The notes: generated from the letters alone by a model not told the origin. Shown: positions 37,169 to 47,682, counted from the stretch's first letter. The stretch: DNA of 64,000 nucleotides from an uncultured Nitrososphaerota archaeon (GCA_963799845.1 CAWCYI010000006.1:96001-160000), one strand, 5' to 3'. Numbers and translations are program-made.

Positions 37169-38286
37169 GCGATTGGCTTTGCCGTAATTCCTCCGAGTTC
37201 TATTATATGATTTCTAATCTTTCGCACGAGCGCAGCGGTTTCTTCGGAAGAGTACCGATCGATTTTTCCTTGATCTGCCAGCTTGTTCACCTCGGGATCA
37301 AACGGAAGCTTTCCCAGAAAGTTGACTTTGACTTCCTTTGCAACAGACTCGATATCAGAATCTTGAAACATATGGATTGTTTCCGAGCAGTGCGGGCACT
37401 TCATATAACTCATATTTTCGACGATTCCGGCGATAGGCACGTTCAACTGTTTTGCCATGTTTATTGATTTTCTGACTATAAGCATCGAGAGATCCTGCGG
37501 AGTCGTGACTATCACGACCGCGTCCACGGGAAGAGACTGGAAAACTGTTAGCGGCGCATCTCCAGTCCCTGGCGGAAGATCGACTAGAAGGAAATGCAGA
37601 TCACCCCAGTTAACGTCGTTGAATAGTTGTCTTATGACTCCGTTGATTATCGGCCCCCTCCAGATCACTGGAGTATCTGGAGTATCCAAGAGAAGGTTCA
37701 TGGAAATCACCTTGATTCCGGTGTCAGATGTTTTTGGCACAACGCCAACTTCGTCCGCAAAAGGTTTCCCAGACAAGCCGAATATCTTCGCAACGCTCGG
37801 GCCCGTAATGTCACCGTCGAGTATGCCGACCTCATAGCCCTGTCTTCGCAATTCTACCGCAATCATCGCCGTGACGTATGACTTGCCAACACCACCCTTA
37901 CCGGACATTACGGCGATGATGTTCTGGATTCCCTTCTTCTCCAGTTTGTCGATCCCGGCACTGAGCCCCGGCGCTTTCCCAACTGATTTTTGGTCGGCTT
38001 TCATCTGTTGAAGTCTGGAACTGAGCTTGTTGACCTCATCCTTCGTCATTGAGCTCATTCTTACATTTACTTTCGAAACGCCCGGTAGTCCTCCCAGTAC
38101 TCGATTAATATCTGTCTCAATAGTACCGGCGAGCGGGCAGCCCTTCACGGTGAGGGCAATGTCGATGTCAACATTCGAGCCGTTAATTTCGAGCTTCCGG
38201 ACCATTTCCAAATCTACGATGTTAATGCCAATCTCCGGATCCACCACTTCGCGGAGCTTGGAAATCATTTCATCTTTTGATGCCAT
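37138..38286 (-). CDS. mrp: Mrp/Nbp35 Fe-S carrier ATPase with N-terminal DUF59
   Basis: V.DPEIG.NIVDL..V, CP; SGKGGVGKS, WRGP, DLPPGTGD and ENMS..CPHC motifs. Confidence 0.95.
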   Translation of the reverse strand: MASKDEMISKLREVVDPEIGINIVDLEMVRKLEINGSNVDIDIALTVKGCPLAGTIETDINRVLGGLPGVSKVNVRMSSMTKDEVNKLSSRLQQMKADQKSVGKAPGLSAGIDKLEKKGIQNIIAVMSGKGGVGKSYVTAMIAVELRRQGYEVGILDGDITGPSVAKIFGLSGKPFADEVGVVPKTSDTGIKVISMNLLLDTPDTPVIWRGPIINGVIRQLFNDVNWGDLHFLLVDLPPGTGDAPLTVFQSLPVDAVVIVTTPQDLSMLIVRKSINMAKQLNVPIAGIVENMSYMKCPHCSETIHMFQDSDIESVAKEVKVNFLGKLPFDPEVNKLADQGKIDRYSSEETAALVRKIRNHIIELGGITAKPIAWKRSTDLLS

Positions 38287-38347
38287 CTAGAACCAAACCT
38301 AATCTCAAAAGTACTAAGCAGGTACAGTCGCGTTCTGACTTAAGACT

Positions 38348-39214
38348 CTAGCGGAAGTCCTTCAAAAGTTCCTCGTACTTTGGAAGATTGGCCTCCAGAC
38401 TCAAGTTCTGGAGAGCCATCGGTTCTTTGCTCGTGAGCGTGTTTGTCTCCAAAGAGTTTGTCTCGCCGGTGAATATCAAGCCCGTGGGTATCTTTCCCTG
38501 TGATAACAGCTCCGATGCCCGGGCGAAAGCCATGACACGACTTTTCGGCGAGTATGAAGTTTCGGCATCGAAGTTGTGAACCTGCTCCCTCCATTCCTTG
38601 TAGGTGTCATTGTAGGTGACACAAGGACTGAGGATCTCAATGAAGGCAAATCCCTTCAGAGAATTCGCATGCTGAATTCCTTTTTTCAGCAGGTCGGTCA
38701 ACTGAACCTGATTCCCCGAGAAACCTCTTGCAATGAAGGTCGTATTTTGGATCGAAAGGGCAGTCATCACAGCGTCGAAGGGAGCTTCGACGTTTCCCTC
38801 GTAGCCAGGAACTGCAGTGGGAGAAGGCTGGCCCTTTGTAAGACCGTAAGTTCCGTTTTGCATTACTATGTAGACTATACTAGGATTTCTTTTCAGAGCA
38901 TGAATGAAATGCCCAGCTCCAATAGCGTAACCATCTCCGTCCCCTCCAGCAGCTATCACCGTCAGGTTGGGATTTGCAAGTTTCACTCCGATGGCAGTCG
39001 GAAGAAGCCTTCCGTGGAGGGAATGTATGCCATAGCATTCGAGATCATTGTGGATAGATCCCGAACATCCGATTCCGCCAACAATTACGGTGTCCTTCGG
39101 CTTTATCGCAAGTTCGGACAGTGTCTTTTTCAGAGAAGCCAGAACGCCGAAATCTCCGCAACCAGGACACCAGATAGGCGTCGAAATTGGCACAGTCTTT
39201 GTCATCTTAAGCAC
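38348..39214 (-). CDS. 2-oxoacid:ferredoxin oxidoreductase beta subunit
   Basis: WCPGCGD, GIGCS, HGR, GGDGD, YGLTKGQ.SPT and SPCVTYN motifs. Confidence 0.95.
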   Translation of the reverse strand: MLKMTKTVPISTPIWCPGCGDFGVLASLKKTLSELAIKPKDTVIVGGIGCSGSIHNDLECYGIHSLHGRLLPTAIGVKLANPNLTVIAAGGDGDGYAIGAGHFIHALKRNPSIVYIVMQNGTYGLTKGQPSPTAVPGYEGNVEAPFDAVMTALSIQNTTFIARGFSGNQVQLTDLLKKGIQHANSLKGFAFIEILSPCVTYNDTYKEWREQVHNFDAETSYSPKSRVMAFARASELLSQGKIPTGLIFTGETNSLETNTLTSKEPMALQNLSLEANLPKYEELLKDFR

Positions 39215-41000
39215 TCACCCTTGGTGCCAGCCCCGACAAAACCGCGCCGGTTATCTCCTTCGGTTTGAACGAGCTGCCGTCGAATTTCGTTATGCTCTCA
39301 ATTCTATTAGAATCACCGACTGAACTTCGGATCAAGTTTGCCAGTTGTCCCTGGTAGTTGTTTTCAACAACATAAACGATATCGAGTTGATCTATGAATT
39401 CATGAAGGTCATCCTCAAGCAACGGCCAGATTGTCCTAATTTGGTGGAACCTGACTTCGACTCCCTTACCTGCGAGCTGCTCCATGCTTTCAATGATCGG
39501 ACCGTAAGTTGAACCAAATCCAATTATCCCGATTTTGGCGGTTTTCGGACCGAAATTATTCCCCTTCGGAAGATCCTTCTTCGCGAGCTCGAGTTTGTTC
39601 ATTCTCTTTCGCATCATTCTCAGGCGGTTGGTTCTGTCGGTCGACACCGCCCCAAATTCGGTGTGTTCGTTTCCGGTGACCTGAGATTCTCCACCCTCTT
39701 CTGAAGGAATAGACCTCCACGAAATCCCATCTTCAGTAAACTCATAACGCTTGAATACTGCAAGTTTCGCAAGGTCTTCCTCCGTCGCCAGCTTCCCCCT
39801 GTCGATGGTTAACTTCGTAAGATCGAATGGCTCGATGCTGGCGCTGTTCTGGCATAGAGCCTGATCGAGCAATAGGAAAACCGGCAGTTGATACTTTTCA
39901 GCGAGGTTCATCGCCTGAGAAGTAACGTAGAAACATTCGTTCGCGGTTCCTGGTGCGATGACGAGCCTGGGAAACTCCCCGTGAGATGCAAACACAACGT
40001 GATTCACATCCGACTGTTCATTTTTCGTCGGTTCGCCAGTACTTGGACCAACTCTCTGGCATTCGACAACTACTATTGGGATCTCGGCTTCTCCCGCGTG
40101 ACCGACTCCTTCAGTCATTAGAGACTGCCCGGGTCCTGAAGTTGCAACCATGACCCTGGCACCGGCATAAGCGGCGCCAATGCCCATGTTGATTACGGCC
40201 AATTCATCTTCCGCCTGCTTTACCACTCCACCAAACTTTGGCAAGCGGGGAGTGAGCCACTCCATAATGTCCGTGGCTGGAGTTATTGGATAGCCGATGA
40301 AGAACCGACCTCCGCTAGCAAGAAAGGCGAAAGCGACTGCTTCGTTGCCAGTTGAAAGAATCTTGTTCGAATTGGATGCTCGAGCGAGACTGTAAGGATT
40401 TGCCACGATATTCTTAGTCGCATAGTCAAGGCCGAGCTGCAGAGCTTTCAAATTGGATTCGAGCGCTTCTTTTCCGCGCCTTTCATACCGGACAATCAGG
40501 ACTTTCTTGAGAAGCTCGTCGTCGAGTCCGAGCAGCCTTCCCAAAACTCCGAACGTTATGGTATTCTTGAAAATATTCCTTCTGAGCTCGGAAGCAGCCA
40601 TGTTGCCGAACGGCGCCGAGTAAATCCTGAACCCCGGTTTTCTCAGTCCCGCGGAAAGCTGCCCCTTTGAGCTGTCAAATACGATCACAGCGGTGTCAGA
40701 AAGGTCAGAAAGACCCATCTGGACGGCTTCCTCGTCAAACGCGACAAGAACATCGACCTGATCTCCGATACTGTGGATATCCCTCACAGACGCGCGAATT
40801 ACTCCATCGGCGTGCCCGCCCCTGATTCTCGACAGAACATTTCTTGCATCGTAGATGTTGAGCCCAATGTCCCTGAAGACTCTACCAAGAAGATTCACTA
40901 CGGTGAGAGTTCCGTCACCGCCTTGACCCCCTATCATTACGCAAACATCGTTTTTGAGTACAGTCTGGACCTCTGATGCTTGCTCTAATTTAGTCGCCAA
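39207..41000 (-). CDS. 2-oxoacid:ferredoxin oxidoreductase alpha subunit (gamma-alpha fusion)
   Basis: GGQGGDG, IRGGH, GYPITPAT, QAEDE, ATSGPG and QR.GPSTG.PT motifs. Confidence 0.95.
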   Translation of the reverse strand: MATKLEQASEVQTVLKNDVCVMIGGQGGDGTLTVVNLLGRVFRDIGLNIYDARNVLSRIRGGHADGVIRASVRDIHSIGDQVDVLVAFDEEAVQMGLSDLSDTAVIVFDSSKGQLSAGLRKPGFRIYSAPFGNMAASELRRNIFKNTITFGVLGRLLGLDDELLKKVLIVRYERRGKEALESNLKALQLGLDYATKNIVANPYSLARASNSNKILSTGNEAVAFAFLASGGRFFIGYPITPATDIMEWLTPRLPKFGGVVKQAEDELAVINMGIGAAYAGARVMVATSGPGQSLMTEGVGHAGEAEIPIVVVECQRVGPSTGEPTKNEQSDVNHVVFASHGEFPRLVIAPGTANECFYVTSQAMNLAEKYQLPVFLLLDQALCQNSASIEPFDLTKLTIDRGKLATEEDLAKLAVFKRYEFTEDGISWRSIPSEEGGESQVTGNEHTEFGAVSTDRTNRLRMMRKRMNKLELAKKDLPKGNNFGPKTAKIGIIGFGSTYGPIIESMEQLAGKGVEVRFHQIRTIWPLLEDDLHEFIDQLDIVYVVENNYQGQLANLIRSSVGDSNRIESITKFDGSSFKPKEITGAVLSGLAPRVSA

Positions 41001-41318
41001 AATTCAAATCACCTTAAAGATCTCCTTTGAGACCGAAAACACCCAGAAAACTTGTTGCATTTCCTTTATGGTAATTCATAATATATAAGCATGGCTTGGT
41101 AAAAAAATCACTAAAAGATGAAAATTCTATAAGAATTGGATTTCCTAGTTGGATGCTCACAACGATTAGGATTCAAATTAGAAATTGCAGAGAAACTATG
41201 AAACTATCGTGACGTGATACATCTCAAGGAAAGTGTTTCATTTAGTTCCAAGATTAATACCTTTAAATATCGCGAAGGCACTTTTTCACTTCTGAGATCG
41301 GACTAACGGTCTTGTATC

Positions 41319-41714
41319 ATGCAAACCCCCTATGAAATTGCCTCTAAATCCGTAATTCCTGCCATAAGAGGAATGATATCGAGGGGATTGATTGAAAGAG
41401 ATTTCACTCAAGCTCAAATTGCGACTGCACTCGGTATAACTCAACCTGCGGTCTCAAAGTATTTTTGGGATAAGCGCGGTCGTGCGATAGACTTTGATCA
41501 CAGGGATGACGTAAAGAACATGACCGAAGCTATTACCGACGGGATTGCAAACGACAGGCTGGATAAAGTTCAGGTTGCAAATATGATAAAAGATATTTGC
41601 GACTATGTTATGCGAAGCGGGTACATGTGCGACCTCCATTTCGAAGTAGAGCCTCAAGTCAAGAACTCGAATTGCAAGATCTGCATGGAGCCTCAGGCTA
41701 CTTACTTCCAGTAG
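41319..41714 (+). CDS. HTH transcriptional regulator with C-terminal Cys/His cluster
   Basis: PYE....VIPAIR, TQAQIA..LGITQPAVSKY and C..H...C..C motifs. Confidence 0.85.
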   Translation: MQTPYEIASKSVIPAIRGMISRGLIERDFTQAQIATALGITQPAVSKYFWDKRGRAIDFDHRDDVKNMTEAITDGIANDRLDKVQVANMIKDICDYVMRSGYMCDLHFEVEPQVKNSNCKICMEPQATYFQ

Positions 41715-41744
41715 CCCGCCACTAACGGTTTTCCGTATTATTTA

Positions 41745-41779
41745 TTCTGGAAGGGAGTTCCATAAACTCCCTTCCAGAA
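41745..41779. repeat. perfect 15-bp inverted repeat (hairpin)
   Basis: TTCTGGAAGGGAGTT-CCATA-AACTCCCTTCCAGAA, intergenic. Confidence 0.85.
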
Positions 41780-41821
41780 ACAGAATAACTCTAATACCTT
41801 TGTCTTCATGCCTCGTGGCAG

Positions 41822-42871
41822 ATGCCCGAACTAAGAAAAGACTACTTTACCCGGAAGCTCGTTCTGGTGTCTGCGGAGAGAGGCAAGAGACCGATGGAAT
41901 ACAAGGTTTCGGTGAGCGATCCTCCTGAAAAGAGCTTGTGCCCCTTTTGTCCAGGGAACGAGGATATGACTCCACCTGCAGACCTTGTTTTGGTCTCGAA
42001 TGAAAACACGCTCCTGAAACTTGCAGACTCTGACACAGACAGAGTTCACGAATGGTCGGTGAGATATTTTCCCAACAGCTTTCCAGCGGTATCGCCAGAG
42101 TCCGAGACGACGTTCAGCGACTATCCACTCCAGAGCGAACCAGCTTTAGGTTACCATCACGTAATGGTCGTAACACCGAATCACTCCGCGACGTTCAGCA
42201 CTCTTTCAGTCGATCACTGGACAGAGATACTGACCACATTGCAAGATAGGGTCAGGTGGCTTTACTCGAAGAAAACAGTCGGCTATGTCTCCGTGTTCAT
42301 TAACAACGGTTATGAGGCAGGAGCATCATTTTCGCACCCACACTTACAAACAATAACATTGACAAAACTTCCTCCCACGATCGAGGAGGAAGCAGAGGCC
42401 GTTCACGAATCAATGTCGGAGTTCGGCGTCTGTCCCATGTGCAAGGTCGTAAACCTCGAATCGAACGGCCCGAGGCTAATCCTTTCTACAGATAACTTTG
42501 TTTCATTCGCACCCTGGGCTTCCTCTCATGCCTACGAATTTTGGATCTTTCCAAAGAAACACGAGACATCGTTCCTCAAGGTTTCTCAGAAGGAAATACA
42601 GGATCTTTCGACGATGCTTAAATCAACTCTTGGTGGCCTGGATGCGGTACTAAGCAACCCCTCATACAACATTGTTTTTCACATCTCCTCCGAGAAAAAG
42701 ACTACAAAGCAGATTCACTGGCACATCGAAGTTTATCCGCAGGTGATAAAGTGGGCGGGGTTGGAGCAGGGAAGCGGAGTATACGTGAACCCCGTGCCCC
42801 CGGAGATGGCTGCTCAACAACTGGGCGCGTCGGCGAGAAGACAGATTTCTACGTTGATCGGAATTACCTAA
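41822..42871 (+). CDS. galT: galactose-1-phosphate uridylyltransferase family
   Basis: ELRKD, R.KRP, CPFCPGNE, GAS..HPHLQ and HWHIE motifs. Confidence 0.92.
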   Translation: MPELRKDYFTRKLVLVSAERGKRPMEYKVSVSDPPEKSLCPFCPGNEDMTPPADLVLVSNENTLLKLADSDTDRVHEWSVRYFPNSFPAVSPESETTFSDYPLQSEPALGYHHVMVVTPNHSATFSTLSVDHWTEILTTLQDRVRWLYSKKTVGYVSVFINNGYEAGASFSHPHLQTITLTKLPPTIEEEAEAVHESMSEFGVCPMCKVVNLESNGPRLILSTDNFVSFAPWASSHAYEFWIFPKKHETSFLKVSQKEIQDLSTMLKSTLGGLDAVLSNPSYNIVFHISSEKKTTKQIHWHIEVYPQVIKWAGLEQGSGVYVNPVPPEMAAQQLGASARRQISTLIGIT

Positions 42872-43163
42872 TCATCGAATATTCGAAATTCATCCAGAGC
42901 AGTTAGGCAGTCACCCAGCTTGTAAAGCAGTTGGTCATCCAACCAACTGGTAGAGTGGTTGGCTTCGACAATAATAGACGAGAGATCATTGAATCTTCGG
43001 CCAAACGCCAATTTGTTCTCCGCAAGAAAGACAAATGAGATATGTGAGTAATCGAGTAAAAATCAGCAACATGCCTTGGGAAACGAAGGAGTGTTTCATA
43101 CAATGCCGGAATCATTTTAGTAATTAATTTGCCTCTGTTGCCACGGGCGGTGATAACAGTTTT

Positions 43164-43832
43164 TTGGATCCCCTCCTAAGGATCAAAACGACCGATAAGC
43201 TCGACGAGAAAATGAAAAAGCGAATTGTCGGAAAGATGAAAAGTCTCAATTCGGTGGTTTCAGACATCGAGAAGCTGTCGGGTTTGAGCTATCCCCAGTT
43301 CTACGTCGAACCAGTGCTGACAGTCACAGTTTCCCAAGACAATTTTGGGGGTATCGGGGTACTCTATGCCAGAACAATACCCGTAGACGCCAGCGGCAGG
43401 ATCGAAATCGTAGTCCAGGTCAGTGCGGCTCTTCTGATCTATTCCACCAAAGCAACTTTGAAGCTCGTGCTCGCACACGAATTCCTCCACTATATCGAGC
43501 TCGTCAAGGATTTCTCGAGCGGCAACATTTCATCCCAATTTACGTCAAGTTCTATATTTGAAGAGCGCTATCTTGATTCCCGTAGGGCTATCGATCCCCT
43601 GAAGCTGTTTCCTAAAAGGAAACTGGCATGGGACCTCGCAAGAGATCTTCACGGAGGTTTCGACGATGAAAAGCTGAATGAAAAGTGCCGTAAACTGTGG
43701 ATTGAGAAGGGCCTCCCGACAGCGAAAATCTCCATGGGAGAAAACCAAGTTAGAATTTCGATGGAATCCGTGGCCAATTCTCAGTTTGACCCGAAAGTCG
43801 TCGAGCTGTTATCCAAAATCGGGTCGAAGTAG
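43164..43832 (+). CDS. hypothetical protein with HExxH motif
   Basis: VLAHEFLHY, a zincin-like motif. Confidence 0.75.
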   Translation: MDPLLRIKTTDKLDEKMKKRIVGKMKSLNSVVSDIEKLSGLSYPQFYVEPVLTVTVSQDNFGGIGVLYARTIPVDASGRIEIVVQVSAALLIYSTKATLKLVLAHEFLHYIELVKDFSSGNISSQFTSSSIFEERYLDSRRAIDPLKLFPKRKLAWDLARDLHGGFDDEKLNEKCRKLWIEKGLPTAKISMGENQVRISMESVANSQFDPKVVELLSKIGSK

Positions 43833-43863
43833 AAAGCATATTACGACGCGAGGCAACTAACGC

Positions 43864-45525
43864 TTGTCGCTGAGTCGGTTGCGTGAACTTTCTCCGTCGG
43901 AAATTCAGAATGTTTCGAAAACAGTCGATCAGCTGACGAAGAAAAAAGAAGTACTCGCGATGGGAGTCTACGGCTCTCAGGTGGCCGGCTACGCGACAAA
44001 GTCGAGTGATTACGATGTTATTCTAGTATTGAAGCCGTTCAGCCAACGGATCAAGTATTTCTACTTGAAATGGGAAGCAGATTGCTCGGTTCTTGTCGTC
44101 GATCCGAGGGCGATCGAAAATGATTGTAAGAAATCGACCTTCGGTGAATTCGTCGCTGGGAGGCTACTCAATGTCTACTTGCCGGTTGTCGGTGAAGAAT
44201 TTCTTAGGGAAAATGAAGTCGCTTACAAGAAGAGGGTCATCGTCGAGGGTCTGTCGGAAGCTGTCGCCGACCATTCCCAGTTTGCCTTCGAGATCAATTT
44301 TCCGCTGAAGTATTTTCTGTTCGAGAAATTGCGAAAGAGAGCGGCAATCTATCCGCCGGTCGTCTACAGTTACTCGAAGACCTACGGCGACGATCTTCTT
44401 CAGGAAAACCTGGCAGCTTCAATGGTAGGATTCAGAAAAGCTGCCGAAGAGCTCCAGAGCGAGAACGTAATAACGTTTGATCAAGATTCAGATGCGATAA
44501 AAATCGTTCCGAACATTTTTCACGGAGGATTCTCCGCCAGAATCGAAGCGGCAGCTTCGTTTACTTCAAAGTCACTGAAACAGTACGCGATCCATGGGTA
44601 CGCTGGAAGAATAAGTCCCAACGTCGTCGGCAGGGAAGTGATTTCGAAGATCTCGCGATCGAGGAAGACGGGAAAGCTGCCGGAGTGGATACGAAATCCA
44701 AAGAATGAATGGTCGATACCGGACGGAAAACTTTTCGTTTCAAGCAAGGACTGGCTGAAGGACCTTATCGAGTTTCTAGGTCTGGACCCAAAATCCTGCA
44801 AGGTAAAGAAGAGTTCGATGGGCGAGATTTACACAGCGGCCGGATTTTACACACTTGAGGATGGTAATGGTAAGAACTTCTCGATAGCGATAAAGCGGTT
44901 CAAGGACGTCAAGGGAATGAAGTGGGGCGTCCTAAATCTGTGGTCGTTAAAGAACGCTAACTTTACTGTAAATCCCGCTGAACGATTGTACCGTGAGTAC
45001 AGGGCATCCCGCGAGCTCCGCAGGTTCGGGCTGTCGACGCCAGAATTCGTTGCTGTATTCCTTTCCCAGAAGATGAGTGTGAGTAAATTCATACGAGGGC
45101 GAGACCTTTCCAAAATAGAGTCAGCTTACCTCGACGGCACTTCCGAGGAATTGGAGCCTATATTCGCATTCGGTCGGGATCTGGCAATTATGCACAACAA
45201 CGGTTACTGCATGGGGGACACAAAACCGTCAAACTCGATTCACTGCGAAGAAGATGCGAAGATTTACTTTGTGGATCTCGAACAGGCCGTTCCCGACGGC
45301 AACAAGACCTGGGATATTGCGGAATTCATCTACTACTCGGTTCGATTCACGCTCAGAGAGGACCGGGCAAGAAGACTGGTGGCTTCATTCGTTCAGGGAT
45401 ATCAAAGCAGGAGTGAAGACCCGAAGGTTGTGGAAGAAGCGGCCGACTTGAGATACAGGGCGCCCTTCCAGCCGTTTATCGCACCGAACGTTCTGAACGC
45501 TCTGAGAAGTGATCTGAAAAAGTAA
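43864..45525 (+). CDS. nucleotidyltransferase-domain / RIO-Bud32-like kinase fusion protein
   Basis: N-terminal YGSQVAGYA..SDYD; C-terminal IAIK, H....MGDTKPSN and FVDLEQA. Confidence 0.82.
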   Translation: MSLSRLRELSPSEIQNVSKTVDQLTKKKEVLAMGVYGSQVAGYATKSSDYDVILVLKPFSQRIKYFYLKWEADCSVLVVDPRAIENDCKKSTFGEFVAGRLLNVYLPVVGEEFLRENEVAYKKRVIVEGLSEAVADHSQFAFEINFPLKYFLFEKLRKRAAIYPPVVYSYSKTYGDDLLQENLAASMVGFRKAAEELQSENVITFDQDSDAIKIVPNIFHGGFSARIEAAASFTSKSLKQYAIHGYAGRISPNVVGREVISKISRSRKTGKLPEWIRNPKNEWSIPDGKLFVSSKDWLKDLIEFLGLDPKSCKVKKSSMGEIYTAAGFYTLEDGNGKNFSIAIKRFKDVKGMKWGVLNLWSLKNANFTVNPAERLYREYRASRELRRFGLSTPEFVAVFLSQKMSVSKFIRGRDLSKIESAYLDGTSEELEPIFAFGRDLAIMHNNGYCMGDTKPSNSIHCEEDAKIYFVDLEQAVPDGNKTWDIAEFIYYSVRFTLREDRARRLVASFVQGYQSRSEDPKVVEEAADLRYRAPFQPFIAPNVLNALRSDLKK

Positions 45526-45531
45526 GTTAAG

Positions 45532-45819
45532 CTACTTTTTCTTGAAGCTCGTATACCCGCATTTCCCGCAGGTCATCCGGTCTTTGTGCTCCGCAAGGAA
45601 CACCCCACGACCGCAACGCGGGCATTCTTTCCTCAATCTTTCGACTTTTCCGCCCTTTACCTGGTAAAACTTGTAAACGGGACTTTCATTTCGTTTCTTC
45701 TTCACCGGTGCTGGAGTTTTCGCAGCCGGTGCTGGAGCTGCTGGTGCTGGAGATTTAGCTGCCGGTGCTAGAGCTGCTTCGGGTTTTGGAGTCTGTTTTT
45801 GTTCTGACATTATTTCCAT
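45532..45819 (-). CDS. rps27ae: 30S ribosomal protein eS31 (S27ae)
   Basis: [25 protein letters not shown]; Ala/Pro-rich N-terminal extension. Confidence 0.95.
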   Translation of the reverse strand: MEIMSEQKQTPKPEAALAPAAKSPAPAAPAPAAKTPAPVKKKRNESPVYKFYQVKGGKVERLRKECPRCGRGVFLAEHKDRMTCGKCGYTSFKKK

Positions 45820-45825
45820 TCCTTC

Positions 45826-46179
45826 TTAGGATTTCTTGGCCGCTTCAGCGGGCGCGGTAGGCTTCGGTTTCAAGGCTTCACGCGCTTTCTTTCTTTCTTC
45901 CTTGGGCAATCCCCTGATCGCCAGATAAGCAGGCAGCTGTTTCTTAATCTGGCTTGAGTCCGTGTAAATATAGGCAACCGCGACCAAATCGCGGAGGCCG
46001 AATTTTCCTTCAAGCGAAATGATCCTGATCTTATCCTTCGGAATGCCTAATTTAGTAGAAATCGCCTCTGCGGCCGAGGATCTCGTAATAAAACCACTAC
46101 CGCCTTTGAAATTAAGGACGACTTCCCTTCTTGAGAGAAGCTTGTTTTCTAAATCTTTTGTTATTTCTATCGTCGACAA
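45826..46179 (-). CDS. rps24e: 30S ribosomal protein eS24
   Basis: ENKLLSRREV...FG....A.IY; conserved gene order. Confidence 0.9.
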   Translation of the reverse strand: MSTIEITKDLENKLLSRREVVLNFKGGSGFITRSSAAEAISTKLGIPKDKIRIISLEGKFGLRDLVAVAYIYTDSSQIKKQLPAYLAIRGLPKEERKKAREALKPKPTAPAEAAKKS

Positions 46180-46244
46180 ATGTGCACTAACTCGGTTTGG
46201 GAAAGATCAATCATTCCATCATAATATTTAATCGTTTAGTGTGC

Positions 46245-46817
46245 CTACTCATCTGTCGAGCTCGTCATTTTTGTTTTCGATCTCGTGAGAGAACTTATTC
46301 CCATCTCGCGCAAGATTTCTCGAGCCTTTTCCCCAGCTTTTGTAGATGACGCGACAACCAGACCTTCGTTGGGTTGCCCGTAAAACAAGACGGTATCTAC
46401 GGGGAAAAAAGCCAGTATCGGCAGTGCCAAGAGGTCTTCCTCCCCCTGGACTTCAAGTCTGATCTGCTTTCGAGAGTTAAGGATCGTTTGCAGACATTCT
46501 GCAAGTTTCTTCAAAGCATCGTCGCCAATAGAACCGCGGGGGTTTGACGTCTTGAGAATAAGGCGGTCTTTTTCAAAGATCTCTGGTAAATTTCTGCCGA
46601 TTCTCTTTTCTAAAGAATCAACAATTTCGAGGGTTGGCGAAAATCCAAACCCGTGCACCCGTTCAGTGGTGCGATCCCCGACGCAGACTGTGATTCTTTG
46701 ATCGGCAAAATAGTCAGCGAGTAAACCGTTCGTTAGCTTTGAGTCCTTGATTAAACGCCCTAAAGGAACTTTGAGCTCTTTTCGAACCTTATCGCTGATT
46801 AGGATTTCAGAGGGCAA
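46245..46817 (-). CDS. GTP-dependent dephospho-CoA kinase (DUF359)
   Basis: LK.PLG, VGD.TT, NPRGSI, V.GEEDL and YGQPNEG motifs. Confidence 0.92.
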   Translation of the reverse strand: MPSEILISDKVRKELKVPLGRLIKDSKLTNGLLADYFADQRITVCVGDRTTERVHGFGFSPTLEIVDSLEKRIGRNLPEIFEKDRLILKTSNPRGSIGDDALKKLAECLQTILNSRKQIRLEVQGEEDLLALPILAFFPVDTVLFYGQPNEGLVVASSTKAGEKAREILREMGISSLTRSKTKMTSSTDE

Positions 46818-46838
46818 CTGAATTTACAGGAATGCTGA

Positions 46839-47027
46839 TCAGCTTACTTTTAGAGCATACCGGCCGGGTTTCGTAATGTTAAGTGTCTTTGAAACAGTTG
46901 ACTTGCTTGGCTCCACGACTACGATCAAACCTGACCAATCAGGAGTCAGCTCCGTGCTGTGGCAGTTTTGACAGATCTTTCCCGTGGTAAGCGTCCTACA
47001 CTTTCGGCAAGCAAATTCTCTTGGCAA
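46839..47027 (-). CDS. spt4: transcription elongation factor Spt4 (RpoE'')
   Basis: ACRKC...C.NC...W.G......P..S.......I..PGRYAL pattern. Confidence 0.95.
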   Translation of the reverse strand: MPREFACRKCRTLTTGKICQNCHSTELTPDWSGLIVVVEPSKSTVSKTLNITKPGRYALKVS

Positions 47028-47033
47028 TCAATA

Positions 47034-47659
47034 TCACTTTTTGCTAGTTTTCTTCTCAGGCTTCTCGGCTTTCTCCTCTTTGGCCTCTGCCTTCTTTCCC
47101 GCTGCGCCCTTTTGCGCTTTCGCTACGTCCTCTTCGATCCACTCCCAGGCTCCCAGGAACGGTTGCCGGCAAGTTACTCCGATCTTACCCAGTGCAGCTC
47201 CTCGCGGAAGACTGACAGCAGTAATCCTGACCCTCACTTTGCTCCCGACTTTGAGAATTCGTTTGGACTGGCTCGCGAGAATCATCCCCTGTTTTACGTC
47301 GCTTGTGAGATAATCATCAGTAATCTGGGAAAGATGTAGAAGAGCGTCGGTCGGTCCGATGCGAACGAATGCTCCAAAGTCCGTGATTTCCACCACTTCT
47401 CCCTCGACTATCTCCTGTACCTTGGGGAAGAAGGTCATGACATCGAAGTTCACCTTATGGAAAGTTGCTCCGTCGCCTGGTATGATCTTGCCGGTAGGAT
47501 CTACCGCTATATTGGTAATCAAAATGATGTAACCGAGATCCGGGTTTATCGTACTCTCGTACTTGCCTTTGAGAATCTCCCTGGCCACCTCGTCCAACTT
47601 GGCCCCGAACTTGGCCGGAGTACCCGGATAACATCTTCTAGCTCGGAAATTTGAAACAT
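47034..47659 (-). CDS. rpoE1: RNA polymerase subunit Rpo7 (E'), with a 1-nt frameshift near the 5' end (probable assembly error)
   Basis: MFQISELEDVIRV from ATG at 47659 joins (P)PAKFGAKLDEVA if one C is added near 47620; GDGA and FGAFVRIGP.DALLH.SQI motifs. Confidence 0.93.
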
Positions 47660-47682
47660 GAGTGAAAAAATCCTTATTGTAA

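Noticed and set aside
47598-47659. Frameshift near the 5' end of rpoE' as programmed recoding or a pseudogene
   Set aside because: Essential gene; one missing C restores VPPAKFG; no slippery signal. Most simply an assembly indel.
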